Source: a virus. Taken from it: a DNA stretch of 64,000 bases. The position numbers were made by a program, and so were the translations under genes. The DNA lies in the IMG/VR virus record IMGVR_UViG_3300032289_001637, positions 1 through 64,000 of that record. One strand, given 5' to 3'. The notes under the pieces are model-generated. The model searched no databases and was not told the origin of the DNA. It was given only the letters and a program-made list of their open reading frames with translations. Position 1 is the stretch's first letter, and each line of letters begins with the position of its first letter. Below are positions 45,413 through 56,500 of this stretch, piece by piece.

Positions 45413-48400
45413 TTAAACCTCCACCACTCTTAACTGAGTTTTAATATCTGAAGAAGATCTTTGGTAAGTGGCAGATATAACTACAAACTTTTTATCTTTA
45501 TCTACTAATTTAACACCTTCTGGCAAATCATAATTAATTTTTATTAAATCACCAAGTTGAACATGTTGGGTTCCAAAAGTATCTAATTCAAAAACTTTTC
45601 TTGGTCTAATTGTTTTATCTAAAATCCATTTCATAATATCTTTTGCGGAGTCTTCATTTTGAATATAAACTGAGTCAATAGAAAAAGATTTATTTCCATA
45701 TATAGATCTACTATTTTTAATATTATCATAAATTTTTTCAGATCTTCCAGGAGACAGGATTGTATTTTCAAGAGTCACTGGATCAGAAAAATTAGAAAGC
45801 TCTTTAAAATAATCGTCTACCGTAAGAACATTAGAAATATTTTGAGTAAATGTTATTCCTTGAATCATAATTCTATTTGTAGAACTTTCACTTAAATCAA
45901 TTGCCTTATCTGTTGTATTAAATATTAGGAATTCAGCCCCATAAGATCCTGGCAAAAATCCTGATATTTCATAAGATTTTTCTACAGTAAATGGAGGAAC
46001 AATCTTTGCTATTAATGCTGGATAGGCTTGATCGTATTTAATATTAAAGTATGCACACTCTCTTAAAATTGTTCCAAACTCTTCAAAATAAAAGTCTACA
46101 GTTGGTCTTGTCTCTGTACTAATAGAGGATAAAAAAGTATTTTGAATTATTGCTGGTACAGAGTATTTTCTTAGAGATTCAGCAGATACCACATTATTTA
46201 CCTTTTTTGACAAAGAAACATCATCTTCCTTTATATTTTTTAAAGCAAAAATATTTTCAAACATACACTTAGAAGATCCTCTTGTAAACAAGCAAGTTTT
46301 TAATCCACTGCTTGGCATTTGTAAAGGATTGTTATCAGTTACTGTTCCTATTAATTTGTTATTTAAATAAATATTAAAGTCAATTCTATAAATTCCTTTT
46401 GAATTTCTTTGAATTTCAGCATCCAAAGATAGGTCATATACGGGTATATCTTGAGAAGTTAGCCTATCAGATCCTACAAACTTTCCTTCATCAACAATAA
46501 TTCTTGCAAGACCTCCCCAAAGTTTTTTAGGAATTGCAATGTTTATTTTTCCTAATTCTTGTGTAGAATATGGAGTTTTTTCTATTTTATAAAAAATTAT
46601 ATTTTCAATTACAGATTCGTAAGAAGCGGATCCAGAACTTACAGAGCGAGGTGATCCATAATATTCAAGAATATCTTCAGACATAGATGCAATTTCAAGG
46701 TAGTATCCAGAATTTGTATTTGGATCAACCATATATCCAATTCCACCAGCTCCACCAGATAAGGTTTCTAGATTTACATCTCCTACACCTCTATCAATTT
46801 TAAAAAGATCTATAGCATTCAAAGCAGACTGAGTTTTATCATCCTTTGTTTTTCCAATAATTCTCATTCTAGTTCCAACATGCCTATAATCTGTGTCTAA
46901 GTCTTTATAAACATAGCTTATCAAATCTCTGTCAGTAGTTGAAGATAGATTTAAAAGTTTATATTTTGGATCTTGTAATGCTGGAACAGGATATGGTCCA
47001 TTAAATATTAATGCAGATGATTGAATTCCTGCAACATCTTGTTGGCTATAGCTAGAAAATCCTTCAGACCTTGTTGACTGCTTCATAAAATTAGCAATCT
47101 TACTAGTTATTAAAGATTGATTTTGCGATGCCGTATCATTTCCAAGCGGATAAACAGACGCTGAAACTGAAGCAGAAATTTCTCCATAAGATAAAAACTC
47201 TATTGGTGTTGTGCTAAATATATTTTTAGAATCCATTCTAAAAGATTTTCTATTATTTAAATTTTCCCAGTAAGGATTTAACCCAGCAAAGTGACTAGTA
47301 ACAGAAGTTCCAAATTGACCTCTACCACTAGATCTTACTGCACCATTTTTATATCTAACATTTTCTTCTAGGTCATCAAAATTAGACCCAGATGCATTTT
47401 CATAGTAAGGCTCTGTATAAATTCTAAGAAGTCCTGTTAAAACCATTTTTCCATTAAATACCAATTCAGAAAAATACTTTTGATATTCACTATTACTTGT
47501 AATCCAAACAAGACCATTTGTTGCAGAAGCAGACGGAGAGTCTACTTGATATTGTTGTGCATCATATCTTATAATTTCTCCATTAGCAAATAGGTATCCT
47601 TGAAATCTTGGAAGCCAAAAAGCACTTTCTCCAACATCAATTGTATTATTAATTATTTTATGATTTACTACAGTTGGCACAGCACTTCCAAGACTATTTT
47701 GCAATGGTACTGCTCCAAGTGCATAACCTACATTTCCTGTTGGTTGATTTATTGTTCTTGCTTCTTGCTGATCTCCAAGTTCCCAAAGTATTGCACTTTT
47801 ATATCCATAAGTTCTTTCACTAAGGCTTAAGCTTGCTTGTTCTAGTTTTGATACTTCTCTTTGTATATATCTAGTTGTATAATTAATTTGACCATCATTT
47901 AATATTTTTGTTTCAAAACTAGAAATTGCCTCAATATTTGGAACAATACTATTAGTTTTTTGTCCATAAAGGGTTGTTAGTCTTTCAGAAATTGCAGAGT
48001 TGTCTTCTCTTACAGAAATATCTGGCATTAAATATTCTTTTGGCATTATTACAAAATTATTATATTCATCAAAAAACATTGCAGTTTGAGTAGCTTGTGC
48101 AAGCCTTTGCAAAATTTCTGAAACAGAAGCATCTGGCTCAACAAAGAAGAATGGAATTACTGGATCATTAGCAGTATTAATATTTTTAAATACATAGTTA
48201 CTAAAACCAATATTGTCTAATAGCAATGCTACTGCTTTCGTTAGGGTAGAGTTTTGTAAAAATATTGAAGTAGCATTATTAGACTCTAGTATAAAAAAGG
48301 CATCTCTTAAATTTAATGAAACATCTTCCATGCCACTAGTAGCAGCTGCAGCATTTTCTGAATAAAATGTTTTTAATGGAATAAATTTATCATATCCATT

Positions 48401-49930
48401 AACATCTAAAATAGCTTCATAAAAATCAAACTTAATCTGTGGCTTAAGATTATTTGCAATTATACTTCCAGTTCTAGTTGTACTATTAAAAATATTTAAT
48501 TCTGTAAATACCCCATCATGATTAGATAGATTAATCTCTCCAGTTGAAGCAACCAGACCACCAACTGGAAGACCAAAATCTGTTGCCATAATATTCTTAG
48601 TAATTTGATAATCTATAGTATAGTCTGTTATATCAACTTTTAATCTTGGTGATAGCTCAATTAATTCAAATGGTTTATTTGGGGCATACATTGTTTCTAC
48701 AACAACTCTAATTCCTTTAATAAAAATAAAATCCCTATAGATATCATTACTTCCAGTATTAAAATAATCTGGATTCAATATTTTTTTAATTAATCCAACT
48801 CTTTTTGTATCATCCTCTTCTAATAGTGAAAATCCATATTCTACATTGTAAGTTTTCCACTCTTCATCTTCTTGGCTCCAAACATAAAGAGTTCCTGGCT
48901 GTGTAGTAGAGCTACCAAGTATATAAGCATCTCCATCTCTAACATTTTTTGTGTTATTGTATATACTTGTATCTGGTAGCTGATCTACTGTGTCAAGATA
49001 TTGATATAAATGAAAATTTTGTTTAAACTGTTCTGGTATTTTTATACCATAATATATTTCTACATGACCATCCCAAGGAACAATTCTAGAACCATCTTTT
49101 CTTGTAGATGATTCACTAAACCCTATTGCATCTATCCAGTTGTTATTGTCATTAAGATACTGTATTTTCCATCTTTTTGGAACTGATGATTTTGTTATAT
49201 CTTGAAGTGGATCTATAACTAAATTATTATTAGTTCTAATTTTTCCTGGAACTAAAAACTCTCCATTAATTCCAACTGCTTCTGGATCTGCTAAATTAGT
49301 TTGTAACTTTATAACTATTCTATTTGTAGCAACCTTATTTTTATAAGTAACAAAAGGAGCACAGTCATTTATTTTGTAAGAAGGGTCTCCAGTAGTAAAG
49401 AATGTAGCAGCCTGACTTGATATACCAAACTCCACCCCATCTTCTTTTCTATAAGAATTCCAATATTTAAACTTATCAAATCTTGAGCAAAAGTAATATC
49501 TTGGTCTTTTCCCAGATCTAATACTATCTACAAACTTTGTATTATTTATGTTTGACTCTCCAAAATAAAGAATCTTATTAATTCCAGACCTTGGTCTAAA
49601 TGGTTTAATACAATCTTTTAAAGAGTAGTAAAGCTCTCTGCTTGTTTCTCCTGAATAAAATGTTAAAGGTTCGTTTGGATCTTCTGTTTTATATTGAGAA
49701 ATATAATTAGAGTCTAGAGCATTTGTATAAACATCTGCATTATCTTGAGAGTCATACTCTGAATATAAATTTCTATAAACAACATTTGCACTATCTGGTC
49801 TATATCTATAATTTCCATAATTATCTAGATTTGAAAAATCATTTTGATTCCATTCAGCAATAACTAAAGAATCTACATCAATGCTATTTTTTGTCTGAAG
49901 ATAATTTATTAAGTCGTTGTCTAAAAACAT
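45413..49930 (-). CDS. Large tail tip/baseplate hub protein
   Basis: 1505 aa, two genes after the tape measure; C-terminal QLGDLI hub-like pattern. Confidence 0.7.
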   Translation of the reverse strand: MFLDNDLINYLQTKNSIDVDSLVIAEWNQNDFSNLDNYGNYRYRPDSANVVYRNLYSEYDSQDNADVYTNALDSNYISQYKTEDPNEPLTFYSGETSRELYYSLKDCIKPFRPRSGINKILYFGESNINNTKFVDSIRSGKRPRYYFCSRFDKFKYWNSYRKEDGVEFGISSQAATFFTTGDPSYKINDCAPFVTYKNKVATNRIVIKLQTNLADPEAVGINGEFLVPGKIRTNNNLVIDPLQDITKSSVPKRWKIQYLNDNNNWIDAIGFSESSTRKDGSRIVPWDGHVEIYYGIKIPEQFKQNFHLYQYLDTVDQLPDTSIYNNTKNVRDGDAYILGSSTTQPGTLYVWSQEDEEWKTYNVEYGFSLLEEDDTKRVGLIKKILNPDYFNTGSNDIYRDFIFIKGIRVVVETMYAPNKPFELIELSPRLKVDITDYTIDYQITKNIMATDFGLPVGGLVASTGEINLSNHDGVFTELNIFNSTTRTGSIIANNLKPQIKFDFYEAILDVNGYDKFIPLKTFYSENAAAATSGMEDVSLNLRDAFFILESNNATSIFLQNSTLTKAVALLLDNIGFSNYVFKNINTANDPVIPFFFVEPDASVSEILQRLAQATQTAMFFDEYNNFVIMPKEYLMPDISVREDNSAISERLTTLYGQKTNSIVPNIEAISSFETKILNDGQINYTTRYIQREVSKLEQASLSLSERTYGYKSAILWELGDQQEARTINQPTGNVGYALGAVPLQNSLGSAVPTVVNHKIINNTIDVGESAFWLPRFQGYLFANGEIIRYDAQQYQVDSPSASATNGLVWITSNSEYQKYFSELVFNGKMVLTGLLRIYTEPYYENASGSNFDDLEENVRYKNGAVRSSGRGQFGTSVTSHFAGLNPYWENLNNRKSFRMDSKNIFSTTPIEFLSYGEISASVSASVYPLGNDTASQNQSLITSKIANFMKQSTRSEGFSSYSQQDVAGIQSSALIFNGPYPVPALQDPKYKLLNLSSTTDRDLISYVYKDLDTDYRHVGTRMRIIGKTKDDKTQSALNAIDLFKIDRGVGDVNLETLSGGAGGIGYMVDPNTNSGYYLEIASMSEDILEYYGSPRSVSSGSASYESVIENIIFYKIEKTPYSTQELGKINIAIPKKLWGGLARIIVDEGKFVGSDRLTSQDIPVYDLSLDAEIQRNSKGIYRIDFNIYLNNKLIGTVTDNNPLQMPSSGLKTCLFTRGSSKCMFENIFALKNIKEDDVSLSKKVNNVVSAESLRKYSVPAIIQNTFLSSISTETRPTVDFYFEEFGTILRECAYFNIKYDQAYPALIAKIVPPFTVEKSYEISGFLPGSYGAEFLIFNTTDKAIDLSESSTNRIMIQGITFTQNISNVLTVDDYFKELSNFSDPVTLENTILSPGRSEKIYDNIKNSRSIYGNKSFSIDSVYIQNEDSAKDIMKWILDKTIRPRKVFELDTFGTQHVQLGDLIKINYDLPEGVKLVDKDKKFVVISATYQRSSSDIKTQLRVVEV

Positions 49931-50514
49931 TATACTTCCTCAAGAGAAATAGAAATATCCCAAAGGTCGTGGTTAGTTCCGCCTCTTTTAACAACATTGT
50001 AGCTAAAATCTGAAACAAAAACTTCTAAGATGTCAGAGTATTTGTCAAGTTTACTATAAGATCCTACAGAAAAACTTTGTGGCTTATCATAAGACAAGAA
50101 CATGTAAAAAGATCCAGGATTAGTGCTGTACCAGTCTAACAGCTCTGCTCCACCTGCACCGCCATCTGCGGTATATTCAACTAAATCATCTATATACTGA
50201 CCACTTGCAGTAAAAGATTGACTTCCACTAAATGATCTGGATGGTAGTAAATTGTAAGAAAAAGAAATATTTATCTTATCTGCAATGTGATAAGAACGCA
50301 TGTGACCGTTTACCATTCTTTTTTTATTTTCAAGTCTATTTGTATTAAAACTAATATCACTTCTATTGTGATCAGAGAGTATTATGAAGTCTTCTCCTTC
50401 TACCCCAGAAATTTGTGGAACACCGTCTAGAAGCCCTCCAGAATTATTAGAAAAAATAACTGCTTGTGGTCTAATCCATTTTTTTCTACTACTTAAATAT
50501 GCACTACTAACCAT
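49930..50514 (-). CDS. Distal tail protein candidate
   Basis: Directly after the TMP; RMVNG.MR, ISLEEV end. Confidence 0.65.
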   Translation of the reverse strand: MVSSAYLSSRKKWIRPQAVIFSNNSGGLLDGVPQISGVEGEDFIILSDHNRSDISFNTNRLENKKRMVNGHMRSYHIADKINISFSYNLLPSRSFSGSQSFTASGQYIDDLVEYTADGGAGGAELLDWYSTNPGSFYMFLSYDKPQSFSVGSYSKLDKYSDILEVFVSDFSYNVVKRGGTNHDLWDISISLEEV

Positions 50515-53500
50515 TAGTATCTACTACTCCTTAAATTTCCTCTATTTTGCTGTGAAAGCTTAGCCATTACAACATTTGCAATATCATCTGGACTTGCATC
50601 TGTACCAGCAACATTTACATTTACGTTGTATGTATTATTATACATTGTTTCAGGTCCTTGTGCTTTACCAGATTGAGGAATGTCGTATCTAGATCCACTA
50701 ACTCCAAATGTTGGCTGACTCATTTCTGGCAATTCAAAAGCACCCAGATTAATTGCTTCAAGAAGTGGCATTCCATATTTTCCAACCATTGCTTTTCTTA
50801 TTACAAATTCTCCAGGAGTTAGTCTTGCGGAAACACTGTCTAGACTTCCAATACCTGGAACAATTCCTCCAGTATTAAAATAGTTTGTTGATGCAATTGC
50901 TTTCTTTACAAATTTTGTAATTTCTATCTTTTTATCATTGCTAAGAGTTGCATACTTTTCATCCATTTCATCTGCTTTTACAGTATATGCTTTTGGATCT
51001 ACATATCCCATTTTTTGAGCAATATAGTGTTGTTCTTTATTTTTACCAAAGGAAAGCTTAGAATTTAAAATACCTGCTTTAAATTCAGCTTTGGTATAAG
51101 GAACATAGGCAGCAACAGGGGATATGACAGGAGGCTTCACAGGAGTTGTTACAGGAGTTGCCACAGGAGTTGCCACAGGAGTTGTCACAGGAGTTGTCAC
51201 AGGAGTTGTCACAGGAGTTGTCACAGGAGTAGGGGAAAGAGAGTCAACTTTTTCAACAACAACTGGTGCAGCAATATTATCGGCTGTACCACCGCCACCA
51301 CCAGTACCAAGAATTGTGTTATCAGCCTGTCCAGGAGTTCCAATTTTCTCAACAACTGCAGCTTTTTCTGCAACGTTATATGCATCAATATAGTCTTGCA
51401 AGTCTTTTAGTGCTTTACCAGTTAAACCTGCTGCCCTCAATGCTTCAATATTTTGCTTCATCTTTGTTAGCAATATCTTGTATTCTAATTTAGCTCTTTC
51501 CTTATCTATATCATTCTGTTTTTTAGAATTTTCATATATTGCATCTTGAACCACTTGCATATCTTGTTCATTTTTGTAAATTGTTTCACCAAAAGAGGAG
51601 ATTTGTTCTGTAATTTGCTTTCTTGTCATTAAGACACCATTTACAGATATAGATAGTGACTCAAGTTCTTTTTGTCTTTGTGTTTCTAATGCAGCCCTTG
51701 CATCTTCAATTTGATATTGAGCATCTTGTGTTTGAATTTCACTAGCCATATTTGCTGCTGCTGCAATATCTCCAGATGCTAAGGCTGATGCTAATCCAAC
51801 TCTTGAACGGTTTTGTTGATCAATTCTGTTATTTGCTTTTTCAACCTTATCAAGTGCAGAAATTCTATCATCATAAGTTTTATTAACCTTTTCTTCTTCT
51901 TTTGCAAGAAGATCCAAAGCATGGTTTCTTATATTTATTTGACGTTGTATTAATTCATTTTCTCTTTCCATTCCAGAAAGTTTTGTTTCTAATGCTGAGT
52001 TTTCAAGAGTTATTGCTGAAGCTGCAAGATCTAACGTATCTAAAGTTCTTTCTTCTGAACTCTTTGTTAAAAATTCAAGTGCTCTTTGAACATTTAATTG
52101 CTCTTTTAATGTATCTATATACTCTTTCTTTGCAGCAGTAGTAGAATGTTGATAAAGTTCTACATCTATCAATCCAGCAATTTCACCATTAATACCTTGA
52201 GTTACAAGTTGCTTGGTTATGTCTAACTGATCTTTTAATCCATTTACATTTTTCTTTATATCTACAAGACCTTGTACTGCATTTAGTTTCTTTTGAGCCT
52301 CAGTTTGCTTATTTAATTCTTCAATATAGGATTTTCTTTGTTGAGTTGTCATAGCCAAGAATGCTTTTTGATCAATCATTCCTTCAACATCTGAATTTAT
52401 TTCAACGCCTAGCTTATTTAATGCATCAGAATATTCGCTTATCTCTTTTGTTTGTTTTTTAGCATCAGCAAGTGCCATTGTTGCTGCTAGTGTAGATTGT
52501 GCCTGTACTTGTTTGTTTAACTCTGCAATGTAAACCTTTCTTTCTGCAGTGGTCATTGCTAAGAAAGCCTTTTGATCAATCATTCCTTCAACATCAGAAT
52601 CTATTACAACTCCTAAACCACTTAGTACAGAAGAATAGTCACTCATCTCTTTTGTTTGTTTTTTAGCATCAGCAAGTGCCATTGTTGCTGCCAACCTAGT
52701 TTGTGCTGATGCTTGTTTGTTTAACTCTGCAATGTAAACCTTTCTTTCTGCAGTGGTCATTGCAAGGAATGCTTTCTGATCAATCATCCCTTCAATGTCA
52801 GAAGTTATTACAACACCCAAAGATCCAAGTGTCTTTGAATATTTACTTAGGTCTGATGTAGCTTTTTGAGTTTCTGCAAGAACCATTACTGCATTTAATC
52901 TATTCTGCAATGCAATTTGAGATTGCATGGTCTTAATAAGGTCTGCTCTTTTATTTTTTGCAGTATTTAAATATACATCTTGAGGAATCATGCTAAGAGC
53001 TTCTACATTATTGGCATCTGCAACACCCTTAATCAGATTTGTATAATTTTTAATTTCTTTATTTTGACTCTCAGCATCTTTTAAGAATGTTACTGCCTGT
53101 TCTTTTTTAGTAGGAGGTTTTGTCCCTCCTCCTCCTCCTCCTCCATCTTCATTAAAAGGAGTTTGACCTGTACCATCAATGTTTAATGATTGAATAAAGT
53201 CTGCCTGATCTTTTATCTTTTTTGCATAGTCTGCTTTTATTTTTGCATTTGCTGCTGCTACCCCTGCACCACCTCTACCATCTGTTTCTTGTTGAAGCTG
53301 TGGCATTGCTCCAACTGTTTGCATTGCAATCACAAAAGATGTTAAATATGTTTTTTGCTGACTTGCAGGAAGTGCGTTAAATGCATCCACTTCTTTTTGA
53401 GTTGCATCATATCCAACTGATTCAAATACGGTTGTTAATGCTTTTTCATTATCACCACCACTTTGCATTATAAGATTATTAGCTTTTGTTACAGCATCTT

Positions 53501-56500
53501 TAATTTCTTTTTCAGGGTCCTTTCCAGTTCCATCAAATAGTTTAAATAGTTCAATTGGATCAAATCCCTTTGGTGCAACTTTAGCAATTTTATCTATTGT
53601 GTCTTGTATTGACTTAGTGTAAGCTTCTGGATCTGTAAACTCTGTATCTCCATTTAAATATGATGTATACATTGAAAGGTCAAATCCATCAGGAAGACTG
53701 TTTAAAACTTCTTCTAAATCTTTTATAGAGTCTGCATTTGTTCCAATTTTTATTGCAATATCTGGATCTCCAAGTTCTGTAAGAGCAGATTCTATTTGAG
53801 TAAACGATAAAGTTGTTCCAGAATCTGTAATAGCTTTTTGCATATTTGTTGCTACTGTTTGAGGGTCATAATTTTTAGTAGGACTAGAGGCAATGGTAGC
53901 TCCAACAAATTTTTCAAGTTGGGCAGACTCCATAATTGCTTTCATTTCTTGCGGAGTTGGGGTTGTTCCATCTTCAGATGCCTTTAGCAACTTTTCTTTG
54001 TATAAAGCCCAAACGCCTTGAATATCTCCTATTTTTGCTCCATAGTTTTCTGGAGTTAGTCCATCTAATGTACTTGCAATAATAGTTGAAACAATTTCTT
54101 GCTGGGCTGTATCAAGCTTTGAAAAGTCTGCTTGTCCAAAAACTTCTGCAGCAACCTTATCTCTATCGGTTGCCCTTGCTACTACAGCTGCTGAATCTGA
54201 ACTAAATCCTGAAAGAAATAATTGATCAGCTATTGTTTGCTGAGTCGCTCCAGAATCTTTTGTATTCATTACTGCATTTTCAATATTGTCATAAGATATC
54301 TGTCTAATCTCTTGAATCTTTTTTTCTCTAGTTTCAAATTCTTGAGTAGTGATGCTTCCATTTTTTCTTTCTTCGTTTAAAAGAGCTTCTGCATTTTTTA
54401 ATTCTTTTAATGTTTGTATTGAAGATCCAAAAGTTTTTCCTACTGCTGCAACATTTGCTTCTATTGCTTTCTTGTTAGCAAAAAATGCAGTTGCTGCACC
54501 GCCAACTGCACCAATTACAGCACCAAGGGCTATACCAAAAGCTGCAAATGGACCACTCCAGGATGTTAAAACTCCACCAAGAACTGCACCTGCTGCTCCA
54601 CCAGCAATAGCTCCACCAGCAAAACTTTGATTTGCAGTAAAGCGGTTAGAGTTAATTTCAGGCAGGTCTTTATTTAAAGCGGCTTGTCTTTTTTCAATAG
54701 AAGAAATCATTGCTTTAGATCCAGATTCTAAAGTGCCAGATCTAATAAGACCAATAACCTTTGATTTTAATAATGAATCGTCTAATGCAAAAGCAATTGC
54801 AGATCCAAAAGATTCTGCTTTTTTAGGATCCATTCCGTCTGCAATAGCCATTTCAAGCATAGATGCAACTTTTTTATACCTATCTTCTGATGAAGATTTT
54901 TTAAGATCCTCAACTAACTTCTTTCCTTCATCAGTATCAAAGTAAGGCATAATTTCAGAAGCACCCTGTGCTTGTTTTTCTGTAAACCTATAGTCTTGCG
55001 TTCCAGATCTAACTGATGCAAAAGAATATCCAGTAGCAGAACTTATTTCTTCCATTCTATTTGCAGTCCCACCAAGATTTGCTCCTGCAATTGCAGAAGA
55101 CTTTGCAAGACCATCAACATGCTTTCTCATCATTACAAAACCTGCTGCCAGTAGTCCAACTCCAGCAGTAACTGTTCCAGCTGTTTTTCCTAGTTGCTGA
55201 AGCATTGGAATAATAGCCATAGCAGCACCAACACCCATAAGAGCTTGTTGTTGTTTTGGATTTTCTACGAAACTTGAAGCCATCATTGGAACCATTGATG
55301 CCATCATCATTCCTTGACCTGCTTTTTGCATTCTTTGTGCTCTAGCTTCTGCTCTTGCTGCTTTTGCTTCAGGAGTATTCCTAGCTTCTTTTCTAGCTAA
55401 CATAGCAGCTTTTTTATTTTCAATTAAGCTTAAAGCCATATTTTTTCCAAGTAGGGCTGTATTTTTTGCAGCACCAGTCATTGCTGTTCCAATATTTCCA
55501 AGCTGTCTATTTATTCCAATCATTCTATCTTTATTAATGATTTGTTGTTGAACTACCTTCTTTTCAATTGCCTCTCTTGCTTGAAAATATCTTTCTCCAG
55601 CCCTTGCATATACCATATTGTTTGCTGATATAGTTTTAAAAGTTTCTGTCATTTTTTTTGCAGTAGATGAAAGTGTGGCTGAAGTATCTTTAAATACTCC
55701 TTGACCAGTATTAGATCTACTTTGCAACTGATATGGATCACTCATGCCCATCATAATTCTTGCTCTTCTTGATGGCATTCCAGGAAGTGTTGGAAGAACT
55801 ACTCTCTGTCTATTTTCTTTAGCAAAATATTGCATACCTGGTACTTTTCCACCAGAATTCATCATTAGTCTTGGAGGAGCTTCTCTAGAACCCTTGTAAG
55901 CAATTCCTCCCATATTTAGTCCTTGTGCATTTCCACTATTAATAGCAGTTAATAAATCATAATTTCTTCTTGTTGCATCTTTATTAACTACAAATTCTCC
56001 AGGAGTTAACATTGCAGGAACTGTATCTGTATTGCCTTGACCTGGAACAATACTTCCTTTATTTGCTTTTAGCATTCCTTGGAATCTTGAAGCACTTGAA
56101 TAAATATCTCCACCGAGACCTCTGATTGAAGTTAGATCTCTAAGCATAATTGCAGAGTAAGCTTCATCTGCATTTCTATAACCAGCTGATTTTGCTGCTT
56201 CATCTAATGCTGATCTATCTCCAATTCTTGAAGGAAGTTTGAAAGAAGGAACTCTAGCAATAGCTGACTCAACAGCATCATCATACATTTTTGCAAATTG
56301 TGCTTTAGTTAATCCTTCACGAGCAATAGCATCTCCAAGCATCTTAACAAAGTCTTTTGATGCCCCTGTTTTTTCAGTTACTTGTGTAATTGCTCTTGCA
56401 GTATAAGCCCCAGTATTTGTTGCCTCATTTCCAAAACTAATTTCAGACCCAGTTGCTCTTCTAAATACACCCTTTGAGTTTCTAATTAATTTAACAGCTG

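Noticed and set aside
52290-52900. Diversity-generating retroelement TR/VR pair
   Set aside because: Repeats are tandem and in frame within the TMP, differences are not obviously adenine-specific, and there is no reverse transcriptase in the window.
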